Below, piece after piece: positions 7,796-15,532 of a stretch of DNA of 64,000 bases. The DNA comes from a virus, in IMG/VR virus record IMGVR_UViG_3300015195_000006, positions 1 through 64,000 of that record; one strand, given 5' to 3'. The position numbers and the translations under genes were made by a program. Numbering within the stretch: position 1 is the first letter of the stretch; the number at the start of each line of letters is the position of its first letter. Below the pieces are notes generated by a model that was given only the letters and a program-made list of their open reading frames with translations, had not been told where the DNA came from and did not search any database.

Positions 7796-9120
7796 TCCTT
7801 CTGATGTGATGAATTGCCCCAGCGGACTCCATCGAAAAAAGCAGCAAAGCCATCACGTCCGGTTGCTGGACCATCGCGGTATTTCAAAACGGCGATTTTA
7901 GCAGCAAAATCTTTCCGCTTCTTGTCAAACCACGGTGATAAAACCACATCTGGGTTGTAGCGCATCGCCGCACTCCACGATAACTCGCTCAGCATTGGGA
8001 TTTGATCTTCACTGGTTGATCGCGTAAGCGTATGAATCAAAATCACCGCCAACTCAAACTCTTTGGCAACGTTCTTCAGGGCATTGGAAATATGCTCGAT
8101 ACGCAAATCCTCCTTCACATTTGAATCGGTCAGCAACTTGGAGTAATCCACCCCAATCACTCGGACCGGGTTTCTCTGCCTGAGCAGATACGCCCGAATC
8201 CCATCGGTAGAAATCGGCTTGTCCATAAACTCGAGCGCAAAGTCCTCGATCCTATTCATCGCGTCGATAATCGCATCCCGCTGTTGCTTCGTGATCTTGC
8301 CCTGTCGAATCAACCTGCCCTCAACTCCTGATAGGTCTTGAGCGAACCGCATCATCAGTTTGGCAACTGTCATTTCCAGCGTGAAGTAGGTCGCTCGGAT
8401 TCCTTGGCTTGCCACGTTGAGTAGAATCTTGTTCATCAGCGAGGTCTTGCCCATCCCTGGATCTGCGGCGATAATCCACAAATCGCCCGGTTGCAATCCG
8501 CCAAACCGCTGATCCATTTCCAACAACTTCGTCGGAATGCCCCAGGTGTCATTCGGATTCTCCATCCGTTCGGCGACGTGCTCAAGGAACGCTTCCGACG
8601 CTTGCTTCAACGTCACCGCGGCGCCCCCTTCGGATGGAATAATCACAGAGTCCAGAACCTTGTGCGAGGTCGCCAGGAGTTCTTCGCTCTCCAAGTCCTT
8701 ACCGTGATCTTTTCCGTCGTGTCCTATTCCTGCAATTACAGTCGCGGCATAAATCAACTGCCGTTGCACCGAACACCGTTTGATGATCTTGGCGTAAGCC
8801 ACTGCGTTCATTCCCGTTGGAACAGAGTTCAATATCCCGGTGAGATACGCAGAGCCGCCTACATCATTGAGTTTTCCCTGTGACTCTAATTCTGAGGTCA
8901 GAGTCACAAAGTCCACCGGAACTTGGCGCGCATAAAGCGAAAGCATTGCCTTGAATATCCAGCAATGCTTTTCAAGATAGAAGTCCGATCCTTCCGGTAG
9001 AATCAGTTTGACTTCCGCGATAAGATCCGGGTCGAGCAAGCAAGACCCGAGCACCGCTTGCTCCGCCTCGATGTTGCTTGGCATCGTCCTATTCGGCGCG
9101 TCAATGGTTTTTGGTGTCAC
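7792..9120 (-). CDS. dnaB: replicative DNA helicase DnaB
   Basis: N-terminal NIEAEQAVLGSCLLDP, Walker A GMGKTS, and a RecA-like C-terminal domain. 442 aa. Confidence 0.95.
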   Translation of the reverse strand: MTPKTIDAPNRTMPSNIEAEQAVLGSCLLDPDLIAEVKLILPEGSDFYLEKHCWIFKAMLSLYARQVPVDFVTLTSELESQGKLNDVGGSAYLTGILNSVPTGMNAVAYAKIIKRCSVQRQLIYAATVIAGIGHDGKDHGKDLESEELLATSHKVLDSVIIPSEGGAAVTLKQASEAFLEHVAERMENPNDTWGIPTKLLEMDQRFGGLQPGDLWIIAADPGMGKTSLMNKILLNVASQGIRATYFTLEMTVAKLMMRFAQDLSGVEGRLIRQGKITKQQRDAIIDAMNRIEDFALEFMDKPISTDGIRAYLLRQRNPVRVIGVDYSKLLTDSNVKEDLRIEHISNALKNVAKEFELAVILIHTLTRSTSEDQIPMLSELSWSAAMRYNPDVVLSPWFDKKRKDFAAKIAVLKYRDGPATGRDGFAAFFDGVRWGNSSHQKE

Positions 9121-9335
9121 AGCACCTTGTCCTTTCCCTTGGTTACAAGATGAACATTGTAGCCGCGACTCTTTGAGTCCAAGACCTGTTCAGTCGTGAC
9201 CTTCCACGTTTCTTTCACGGCATAGTTCCCTGCTTCAACCCAGTTATCAATTCCTTTCTCGATGACATAAAGCTGGGTAAAGCGGCTGGATTGCGTTTCG
9301 ATGATGGCTTGCGCCACGGCTTCGGTTTCAGTCAC
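9117..9335 (-). CDS. hypothetical protein (72 aa)
   Basis: Track ORF. GTGA overlaps at both ends. Confidence 0.5.
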   Translation of the reverse strand: MTETEAVAQAIIETQSSRFTQLYVIEKGIDNWVEAGNYAVKETWKVTTEQVLDSKSRGYNVHLVTKGKDKVL

Positions 9336-9559
9336 TGACCAACCTCCTTGTCCTTCCTGATTAGGACTTGCAAGCCACCTGATGGCTCAAAGAAATCAGC
9401 AATAGTTGTAAATGGAATTTGCTTAACCTCAGCCAGCGCGGTCTTGATTGCGCTCCGCAACTCAGGGTCAAACACCTTGCTCTCGGAATCCTTCTGCAGG
9501 GTTTCCTCCAAGAGCGCCCACGACTCACGCGGGATCTTCAGGTAAACGTAATTCGCCAT
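9332..9559 (-). CDS. hypothetical protein (75 aa)
   Basis: Track ORF with AAAGGAG Shine-Dalgarno. Confidence 0.5.
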   Translation of the reverse strand: MANYVYLKIPRESWALLEETLQKDSESKVFDPELRSAIKTALAEVKQIPFTTIADFFEPSGGLQVLIRKDKEVGQ

Positions 9560-9562
9560 TCT

Positions 9563-10327
9563 CTACTCCTTTCGTATCGCGACGATGCGCGTCTTTACGC
9601 CAGTGCCGCTTGACTTGAATGCACCCGCGTCTAGCTCGATCGTATCCGAACCTCCGCGACCAGCGCTGACCTTCTCAAGCCATTTGCGGAATGCAACAGC
9701 TTTGGCATCTTTGCGGTAAAACGCTCCTTCACTCATCACAGCGACCATCTCGCCATCGTGGGTCAAGAGGTCGTAAGCGTGACGGACATGCGCCATGTCC
9801 TGTCCTTCTTCAAAGGGTGGATTCATCACAATGGTTTCAAAGCGTGACATCGGATCGTACTGCAAAAAGTCCGTGCAGTTCACGGTGTAGCCCTTGGCGC
9901 GCAGGGCTTCGGCACGCTGGGGATTCTTTTCAACGCAAATCACCGCTGACTTAGCCAGTGGTATATGATCCGCGATTGCCCCCATTCCAGCAGACGGCTC
10001 TAGACAGTTAGCGCGGATGCGAATCATCTCCAACATTTGTTCGAGCACCTCCGACGATGTTTCAAAGAAACCATCGCGCTCAACGGTCAGGACGCCGCTT
10101 TCGAGCAAACCATCTACCTGCGGGCGAGGATCAGTTGGGAAAACGTGTGCCTTAGTCTTGCCGCTCACCCACTTGCCGCCCATCGCGGCAAGTGCCTTAT
10201 TGACCTTCTCATAACTGGGGCGATCCAACGGAGCAATCTTGCACTGCGTACCGTCATCATTCCAAGTTACCTTCGAGCGAAGAATATCCACCACATCCGC
10301 ATCAAATTTGATTGTTTTAGTTAGCAT
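9563..10327 (-). CDS. N6-adenine DNA methyltransferase
   Basis: SAM motif LEPSAGMGAI lies upstream of the catalytic NPPF (MNPPFEEG). Confidence 0.8.
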   Translation of the reverse strand: MLTKTIKFDADVVDILRSKVTWNDDGTQCKIAPLDRPSYEKVNKALAAMGGKWVSGKTKAHVFPTDPRPQVDGLLESGVLTVERDGFFETSSEVLEQMLEMIRIRANCLEPSAGMGAIADHIPLAKSAVICVEKNPQRAEALRAKGYTVNCTDFLQYDPMSRFETIVMNPPFEEGQDMAHVRHAYDLLTHDGEMVAVMSEGAFYRKDAKAVAFRKWLEKVSAGRGGSDTIELDAGAFKSSGTGVKTRIVAIRKE

Positions 10328-10469
10328 GTTTCCTCTTCTGGATTTGTTCCATCGCGATTTCCAGTCGCAAGTCTCTCAGCGCGTCTTGGATCTTGCGCCG
10401 TTCGGCTGGGTCTTTCGCGTGTTCGAGAAGCAGTTCCAAGTGACGCTTCTCTTCTTCGAGTTTCGTCAT
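10317..10469 (-). CDS. small coiled-coil protein (50 aa)
   Basis: Internal ATG 10469 forms an ATGA overlap with the stop of 10466..10813. Sequence begins MTKLEEEKRHLELLLEHAKD. Confidence 0.4.
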   Translation of the reverse strand: MTKLEEEKRHLELLLEHAKDPAERRKIQDALRDLRLEIAMEQIQKRKHAN

Positions 10470-10813
10470 CGCTTTTCCATGCTCTCCCAAGTCGTGCCCG
10501 GCTCGGGACGATCTGGTTTCACATACCCATACAGCGACTTCACAATTGCATTGATTACCGCATTCGGTGGGACGTGCTGAATCGCCCACTCCATTTTCTT
10601 CTTGATGGTTTCATCGGCATAGTCCTTTTCCATTTGCTCCCACTGCTCGCGCTCAGACTTGTTGTTGAAATAGCGCCAGCGAATATAGCGTTTGCCAAAG
10701 AACGATTTGGTTTCGAGATATTTCGCCATCGGCGTTCGCGCCCAAAACTGGCTTGGGTCTTTCGCTGGCATTTCATCCAGCTCGTCAATCTGATCGTCAA
10801 ATGATTTCTTCAC
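10466..10813 (-). CDS. hypothetical protein (115 aa)
   Basis: GTG 10813 is preceded by GGAGG and sits in GTGA overlap with the upstream stop. Confidence 0.5.
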   Translation of the reverse strand: MKKSFDDQIDELDEMPAKDPSQFWARTPMAKYLETKSFFGKRYIRWRYFNNKSEREQWEQMEKDYADETIKKKMEWAIQHVPPNAVINAIVKSLYGYVKPDRPEPGTTWESMEKR

Positions 10814-11106
10814 TTTGCCTCCGCATTCCAAGATTCAAGGCGCTTGCGTTCCTCTTCATTGATGCGCTTGCATTGCGGACATAGATTCGGGTCATTCGTG
10901 TCAATCTCCCAAACACCAATCTTCGCCTCGCCATATTCAGGAGAATTAAAGTCAACCACGTCAGTGCCGCAAGCTGTTTGGTCAGCTTCGTAATAATTGG
11001 GCGGAGGATTCTCAACTCCGTAATTATCTACAATATCCCAATCTTCGAGCGTAACGCGAATGACAAAGTGAATCCGGTTGTAAATCGGATCAATCAAGAG
11101 TTTCAC
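10810..11106 (-). CDS. hypothetical protein (98 aa)
   Basis: Track ORF. C-terminal CPQC motif. Confidence 0.55.
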   Translation of the reverse strand: MKLLIDPIYNRIHFVIRVTLEDWDIVDNYGVENPPPNYYEADQTACGTDVVDFNSPEYGEAKIGVWEIDTNDPNLCPQCKRINEEERKRLESWNAEAK

Positions 11107-11420
11107 ACAACCGCCTTCAATTGTCGCATTATCAAAACCACTTTTCCCAAAACCTTGATGTCACTGAGATTCTCCTTAATCTGCGGAGTCTTCGGATTCT
11201 CTGACTTGAGAAGAATCAAGTCTTTCACTCGGTAGAGTCTTCGCAGAAGCACCGGACCGCCCTTTATTTCCACGGCAACCATTTCACCGTTCTTGACATA
11301 CTTCTGCGGCTGGATCACAACTGTATCGCCTGGATTTACGAATGCATCTTTCATCGAGTCGCTGGCATCGAGCACAATCGTGTCGGGTCCAAAATTCATG
11401 CTGGCAAGGATGGATTTCAT
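11103..11420 (-). CDS. S24 (LexA/UmuD-type) peptidase domain protein without a DNA-binding domain
   Basis: DASDSMKDAFVNPGDTVVI matches the G-x-SM...GD block. LLRRLY...LLKSENP aligns with LexA VKRL...LLPEN. Confidence 0.6.
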   Translation of the reverse strand: MKSILASMNFGPDTIVLDASDSMKDAFVNPGDTVVIQPQKYVKNGEMVAVEIKGGPVLLRRLYRVKDLILLKSENPKTPQIKENLSDIKVLGKVVLIMRQLKAVV

Positions 11421-11587
11421 ACTCTATCCACCTGAACCGTGATACTCTCTATCCTGGAATGACCCGCCGCGTATGCGGGCAAATCTACCGCATCATATCC
11501 AATCTGGTCTGCGTAAACCTCCTTGTTTTCAATCTCGTCTGGAACTTGTACAACGATGACGATCGTTGCTCTCACTTCGAGTTTCAC
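11417..11587 (-). CDS. small ORF (56 aa), below the ORF-track cutoff
   Basis: GTG 11587 follows GGGAGG and sits in GTGA overlap with the upstream stop. Its own stop overlaps the ATG at 11420. Confidence 0.35.
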   Translation of the reverse strand: MKLEVRATIVIVVQVPDEIENKEVYADQIGYDAVDLPAYAAGHSRIESITVQVDRV

Positions 11588-11718
11588 TTCCACCTCCCAT
11601 TCTCAATCTCTTGCTTCTCATCGGTTGGATCGTAGGGCTCGGTTATCTCTTTCCACGCCAACCATCCACCCAAAAGAAAAGCGAGTACGATGCCACTCAA
11701 ACAGAGTAATGCAATCAT
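11584..11718 (-). CDS. small membrane protein (44 aa)
   Basis: ATG 11718 follows AGGAG. Hydrophobic MIALLCLSGIVLAFLLGGWLAW. Confidence 0.35.
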   Translation of the reverse strand: MIALLCLSGIVLAFLLGGWLAWKEITEPYDPTDEKQEIENGRWK

Positions 11719-11723
11719 ATCTC

Positions 11724-11897
11724 CTACTTTCCCATCGCCTTGAGCCATAGAAATCCAGGCACAATCGCGATGAACAGAGCGTACTTGATCGTAAACACAA
11801 AGTCGCCGGTATTGATCCACGCGCCATAGACCGGTGTTCCAAAGATGAATCCCACAAGCGCAATCGCCCACGCAATCTTAAACACGCGCCAAATCAT
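11724..11897 (-). CDS. small two-helix membrane protein (57 aa)
   Basis: ATG 11897 follows AAAGGAG. Hand translation: MIWRVFKIAWAIALVGFIFG...ALFIAIVPGFLWL. Confidence 0.4.
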   Translation of the reverse strand: MIWRVFKIAWAIALVGFIFGTPVYGAWINTGDFVFTIKYALFIAIVPGFLWLKAMGK

Positions 11898-11898
11898 C

Positions 11899-12054
11899 TC
11901 ACTCCTTTGTCATTGAATATTCGAACTGGGCATAAAGCCGTTCCCACTCTTCCGGAATATGTGAACAAAACTCCTTGTGCTCGACGAGCCACGACTGAAA
12001 TGCACCCTTGAGCATCTCGATCTGATGGCGCTGGCAGAATTCCTTGAAGGTCAT
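11899..12054 (-). CDS. small ORF (51 aa)
   Basis: ATG 12054 follows GAGAGG. Hand translation: MTFKEFCQRHQIEMLKG... Confidence 0.35.
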   Translation of the reverse strand: MTFKEFCQRHQIEMLKGAFQSWLVEHKEFCSHIPEEWERLYAQFEYSMTKE

Positions 12055-12134
12055 ACATTACCTCTCATCTGTTGGGCGATAAAGATCGGGCAACTCTCGC
12101 CGTGTTTTGATTCAATCAAATAGACACAACTGCA

Positions 12135-12278
12135 TCAGAATGATTCAATCTTTTTAGCGCATCGTTCGGTTGCCGCGCGCCATGCAATCCAAGCCGTGTC
12201 TTTTCCTGATTCGTCGGATTCCATCTCTGGATTCACTCCAGCGAATCGCTTCCACCATTTATCGAATTCAGCTCTCAT
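12135..12278 (-). CDS. small ORF (47 aa)
   Basis: ATG 12278 is in ATGA overlap with the stop of 12275..12529. Confidence 0.35.
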   Translation of the reverse strand: MRAEFDKWWKRFAGVNPEMESDESGKDTAWIAWRAATERCAKKIESF

Positions 12279-12529
12279 TTCGTCAAGTCCTTTCTTGTGA
12301 TTTCGAGATAAACGCTCTCTTTGTTGCGCATGTTCTCGAGTACCGATCGAATGTATTTCAACATTCCTTCCAAGTCGTCGTCCGTGGTGACCGCCCCCAC
12401 AACGACCTCATAAACCGTTGTAGTTTCGCTCGGCAACGACGCCGATATGAAATGCACCTTCTTCATGTGCTTGGTCAGCGATTCCGCGACCTTGAACTCT
12501 TGTCCGCAAACTTGGCATTTAGGAGGCAT
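12275..12529 (-). CDS. hypothetical protein with N-terminal C2H2-like zinc finger (84 aa)
   Basis: CQVCGQEFKVAESLTKHMKKVH. Confidence 0.5.
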   Translation of the reverse strand: MPPKCQVCGQEFKVAESLTKHMKKVHFISASLPSETTTVYEVVVGAVTTDDDLEGMLKYIRSVLENMRNKESVYLEITRKDLTK

Positions 12530-12731
12530 TCAGCTCCTTCTTTCCAAGAGCATAGAAATTACGCCGCGATGTCGCATTCAAGTGACACGCATTAAGGCAA
12601 ATACCGTCCTTCAGGTGTGCATCACAGACCGGGCAAATCTTGTCGTCAAATCCTAACCTCTCCCAAATACTGCCCTGGAACTTGGGGTCGGTTTTCTTCT
12701 CTGCTTTCATCCACGCTTGGTCAAACATCAT
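12519..12731 (-). CDS. hypothetical Cys-rich protein (70 aa)
   Basis: Track ORF. CPVCDAHLKDGICLNACH. Confidence 0.5.
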   Translation of the reverse strand: MMFDQAWMKAEKKTDPKFQGSIWERLGFDDKICPVCDAHLKDGICLNACHLNATSRRNFYALGKKELNAS

Positions 12732-12960
12732 TCTCCTTTTTCCCGTTAACGGGAACTTGTTTCCGATTGATCAATATCGTCTGCCACACCGGCGCGCCCA
12801 TCGTCCAATAGTGATAACCTCCGATCTCCAAGTAGCGAAACTTGTCGCCCTCCCAAGTCTCGTCAACTCCGTTCTCTCGGATGGCTCGGACCGCTCGACT
12901 AAAAAGAATGGGATTCTCCCACTCGCTTTTCAGCGAGTATTCGTGCGGATTGTCGGGCAT
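12721..12960 (-). CDS. hypothetical protein (79 aa)
   Basis: Track ORF, coupled to its neighbours. Confidence 0.55.
   Translation of the reverse strand: MPDNPHEYSLKSEWENPILFSRAVRAIRENGVDETWEGDKFRYLEIGGYHYWTMGAPVWQTILINRKQVPVNGKKENDV
12740..12755. repeat. copy of 16-bp dyad motif (perfect palindrome)
   Basis: TTCCCG TTAA CGGGAA. Encodes VPVNGK near the 3' end of CDS 12721..12960. Confidence 0.85.
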
Positions 12961-12986
12961 CGTAGATGCGACAATCCATTTGGCAC

Positions 12987-13202
12987 TTACTTACTTGACA
13001 CATATCTTGAGATTGCGGCAACTGCATTAACCTTGCACTCTGCCGCTTGAAGTATTAATGCGCGGACAGCATTTGCGACCGAAAGATTTATTGGCGGATT
13101 TTCCCATAACTTTGCTATGGATACCGCCTGATTTATGCAAACCCGCGCGCGCTGATTCCAAAAATCATGTTGACCCAATGGAGTCATTTCTGAAATTTCC
13201 AT
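12987..13202 (-). CDS. hypothetical protein (71 aa)
   Basis: Track ORF. Confidence 0.45.
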   Translation of the reverse strand: MEISEMTPLGQHDFWNQRARVCINQAVSIAKLWENPPINLSVANAVRALILQAAECKVNAVAAISRYVSSK

Positions 13203-13339
13203 TCACTCACTCCTTTATGTTTCAAATACATAAGTGCCATCCATTTCTTAGAGGCGAGAACAGATTGAAGCAAGTCCGGTGCAAGCGGCGCCCGGGCTTC
13301 GCGGTTCACGGTGAAGAGATACTTCTTGGATGGGTTCAT
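13184..13339 (-). CDS. small ORF (51 aa)
   Basis: ATG 13339 is in ATGA overlap with the stop of 13336..13518. Hand translation: MNPSKKYLFTVNREARAPL... Confidence 0.3.
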   Translation of the reverse strand: MNPSKKYLFTVNREARAPLAPDLLQSVLASKKWMALMYLKHKGVSEWKFQK

Positions 13340-13518
13340 TCCTCTAACGTCGTTTCAGAGTTCATCAGCGAGACTTCGTCCCACACTCCGCTAATCTCCA
13401 CGGCGACGATGTCTTTCGCGGACTGCTCGATTTGAGAGAATGGCAAGCCGACAATATCGGTAAATTCGATCTGACGGATAATGCTCAAGCGAACCTGACA
13501 AACATACTTGCATTCCAT
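13336..13518 (-). CDS. hypothetical protein (60 aa)
   Basis: Track ORF. Confidence 0.4.
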   Translation of the reverse strand: MECKYVCQVRLSIIRQIEFTDIVGLPFSQIEQSAKDIVAVEISGVWDEVSLMNSETTLEE

Positions 13519-13595
13519 CTTGTTCTCCTTTTGAGAAGCACTTCAACGCCCGATTTAGGGCGTATAAAATTGCCGCTTTTTGGCAATTTTATCTA

Positions 13596-13619
13596 TTTGT
13601 TTCTTTGTTTCTTTGTTTC
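13596..13619. repeat. three tandem 8-bp repeats (TTTGTTTC)x3, iteron-like
   Basis: Exact tandem copies at 13596, 13604 and 13612, in an AT-rich spacer. Two hairpins sit immediately upstream (13546-13563 and 13566-13590). Confidence 0.75.
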
Positions 13620-13670
13620 TATCTTCACCTCCCAGGATATTCCAGCGTTACCTAGTAGGATACGCCAGCC

Positions 13671-14126
13671 TCATCTGGTAGGTAGAGGGTTCTTTCGCGG
13701 TTTTGGTGGGAAACGGCTACCGCGAATACGGTTGATCTCCGTCCGTTCTTCAAGGCGTTTCTTCAGCCCCACGAAATCAATGCTCGTTGACTCGAAGTTG
13801 ATCTCATATAGAAGCCCATCGTGGGATGCCTTTGCATCAGGGTGGGCTTTGAGGATGCCAAACTGAACAAGGCTCGATAACGCGGCACTTACTGCGGCAA
13901 CCGACATTCCTGTTCCATTAGCTACTTTCCTCCCTCGGACCTCGTAACCCTTGGAAAACACGGAAAGGGAGATTCTTGCTTGGCGGGATTCTCTGCCTTC
14001 ATCCCATCCAAGGATCTGCCTTGCCGCAAAAAGCAAGACAGTATTCTCTCCGGGTGTCAGAAGATACATCACCTCGTCAACATAGATGTTTGGATATTGC
14101 AGGGTGTTCGGAATAAAGTTGCTCAT
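13671..14126 (-). CDS. winged-helix protein resembling the N-terminal domain of lambda O-type replication initiators
   Basis: LLTPGENTVLLFAARQILGWDEGR...ISLSVFSK...TGMSVAAVSAALSSLVQFGIL follows the Phage_rep_O pattern (L..E..VL..I.R.T.GW...). GGAGG Shine-Dalgarno. Confidence 0.5.
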   Translation of the reverse strand: MSNFIPNTLQYPNIYVDEVMYLLTPGENTVLLFAARQILGWDEGRESRQARISLSVFSKGYEVRGRKVANGTGMSVAAVSAALSSLVQFGILKAHPDAKASHDGLLYEINFESTSIDFVGLKKRLEERTEINRIRGSRFPPKPRKNPLPTR

Positions 14127-14147
14127 TGTTCCTCCGTGGAAATAAAA

Positions 14148-14239
14148 ATATCGCCCAAAAGTAGGGGCTGGTTGCTGAGGTAGAGATGTAACTACCTACG
14201 GTCATTTAGACCGTGCCAGCGCCCACTTCCGGGCGATAT
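14148..14239 (-). promoter_or_regulatory. structured 5' leader (three-way junction) of the initiator-like gene
   Basis: Nested pairings: ATATCGCCC (14148-14156) with GGGCGATAT (14231-14239); GGGGCTGG (14164) with CCAGCGCCC (14216); GGTAG/CTACC (14179, 14192); ACGGTC/GACCGT (14198, 14209). Confidence 0.4.
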
Positions 14240-14270
14240 TCACGTTCCATCTTTTGATTTCAGCAAAATC

Positions 14271-14299
14271 ACTCTACACCCGATTGGCTAGGGTGTCAA
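14271..14299 (-). promoter_or_regulatory. sigma70-type promoter
   Basis: Minus strand reads TTGACA (14299-14294), 17 nt, TAGAGT (14276-14271). Confidence 0.45.
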
Positions 14300-14304
14300 G
14301 ACTT

Positions 14305-14320
14305 TTACCGTCACCGGGAA
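14305..14320. repeat. copy of 16-bp dyad motif
   Basis: TTACCG TCAC CGGGAA. Its centre supplies the TGA stop of CDS 14311..14532. It lies 5 bp upstream of the -35 at 14294-14299. Confidence 0.85.
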
Positions 14321-14532
14321 AACTCGGTGCCCGGTACTTGTCGTTGCGCCATTTCTGCGCTCACAAAGTAGGTGTAGTAGCAGGCGCAGATATCCGGCTT
14401 GACAAACACCGTCCACGCGGTTGAATCGGCTGGCGGTGTTCGGACATTCAAGACCGTGACGCGGTGGTGAAGCGTAAGCGACGCGAGAATCATCGTGCTA
14501 AAGATGATCGCGTAAAGCAGTTTGGCTCTCAT
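14311..14532 (-). CDS. small secreted or membrane protein (73 aa)
   Basis: Signal-like MRAKLLYAIIFSTMILASLTL. GAGAGGAAG Shine-Dalgarno. Confidence 0.5.
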   Translation of the reverse strand: MRAKLLYAIIFSTMILASLTLHHRVTVLNVRTPPADSTAWTVFVKPDICACYYTYFVSAEMAQRQVPGTEFSR

Positions 14533-14812
14533 ACTTCCTCTCTAGGATTGCGTCATGCCTTGGGCGTGACGTTTTCAAATGGGCTTGCGCCTGTAAATGG
14601 TGATCGTGGCAGAGAAGAATTATTTTCGTTTCGTCGGTCAATCGGGCACCATCTCTGCCGTGAACGTGATGAGGGTCGGACCCGATTTTGTTACACCGCA
14701 CTCCATCAATCTCTTCCTCGCACCGTCCTTTAGCGCGGTTTATCACGGTGGGGCGAACGGTTTCACGATAAATCTGCTTGCGCTCTTCAGCGCGTAGGCG
14801 TTTGGGAGTCAT
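14498..14812 (-). CDS. small HNH-type endonuclease
   Basis: RAKGRCEEEIDGVRCNKIGSDPHHVHGR...IILLCHDHH. Start chosen at ATG 14812, 1 nt after the upstream stop; the track ORF extends to 14887. Confidence 0.55.
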   Translation of the reverse strand: MTPKRLRAEERKQIYRETVRPTVINRAKGRCEEEIDGVRCNKIGSDPHHVHGRDGARLTDETKIILLCHDHHLQAQAHLKTSRPRHDAILERKYESQTALRDHL

Positions 14813-14813
14813 G

Positions 14814-14999
14814 CTACCAATCCACCGCAACATCTTCTTTATTCCTACCTCGTAACCACGCATAGCGGTATGCCTCTGACAAACCAATCCTGCGTAAAAT
14901 CTCTACGTATTTCCAGTAGAACCTATCTGGTAACTCTACTGTCATTACGTGCATAAATGGTTTTGTAGAAGCCCAGGCAACCCATGTAACCGTGTGCAT
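14814..14999 (-). CDS. hypothetical protein (61 aa)
   Basis: ATG is preceded by GGAGGAAAG. Confidence 0.4.
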   Translation of the reverse strand: MHTVTWVAWASTKPFMHVMTVELPDRFYWKYVEILRRIGLSEAYRYAWLRGRNKEDVAVDW

Positions 15000-15017
15000 C
15001 TTTCCTCCGATAGATTA

Positions 15018-15040
15018 AGCCGCCTCGGATGAAGGCGGCT
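15018..15040. terminator. GC-rich hairpin in an intergenic gap (weak terminator or attenuator candidate)
   Basis: AGCCGCCT-cggatga-AGGCGGCT. The T-rich run follows on the plus strand only. Confidence 0.3.
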
Positions 15041-15061
15041 CTTTGTTCGTTGTCGAAGTGA

Positions 15062-15514
15062 TCAGTCTTGTTCTGGTCGAGGGCGATCCTCGGGATCGAG
15101 TTTCTGGAAAGCATCGTATTCGACTTGCGATGCCTTCATGCCCTTTACAGACTTGCACCATTCACCGTTCGTCTTGCCAGGACAGTTCCAGAAGAACATT
15201 CCGGGGTGTCCCTCCCAAGCCTTCGGATAAAGCTTGGTCTTGTGCTCTGGACACGATGGAACGTCAGCCCACGACTTGATGTCCTTCGGTGCATCTTGCG
15301 GCTTTCCACCGCCACCGAAAGAACGAACGGGCAAGGCTTTCCATTCCTTGAACACGCCGAGCATTTCGATCATCAGCGTCTTGTATTCCTCGTAAGAGGT
15401 GGCGCGCACGTTGACCATCCGAGTCAGTCCGTTCTTATCCAAACCCTGAATCGTATCTTGCACGATCCAGGTGTCGCCGCTCAAAAGCGCGGCTTGCTTT
15501 TTATCTTCAGACAT
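15062..15514 (-). CDS. hypothetical protein with C-terminal zinc-ribbon-like motif (150 aa)
   Basis: CPEHKTKL...WNCPGKTNGEWC. Confidence 0.55.
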   Translation of the reverse strand: MSEDKKQAALLSGDTWIVQDTIQGLDKNGLTRMVNVRATSYEEYKTLMIEMLGVFKEWKALPVRSFGGGGKPQDAPKDIKSWADVPSCPEHKTKLYPKAWEGHPGMFFWNCPGKTNGEWCKSVKGMKASQVEYDAFQKLDPEDRPRPEQD

Positions 15515-15532
15515 TCAATCCTTTTCAGCGCA

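Noticed and set aside
7578-7874. 98-aa minus-strand ORF overlapping the dnaB 3' end
   Set aside because: It overlaps dnaB by 80 nt in another frame. The GTGA-coupled 63-codon ORF (7604..7795) fits the operon's coupling pattern better, though neither is certain.
14164-14224. tRNA-like fold in the 14127-14310 intergenic region
   Set aside because: It has only two hairpin arms plus a closing stem. There is no GTTCRANNC T-loop, no 7-nt anticodon loop and no CCA context. It was kept only as a structured leader.
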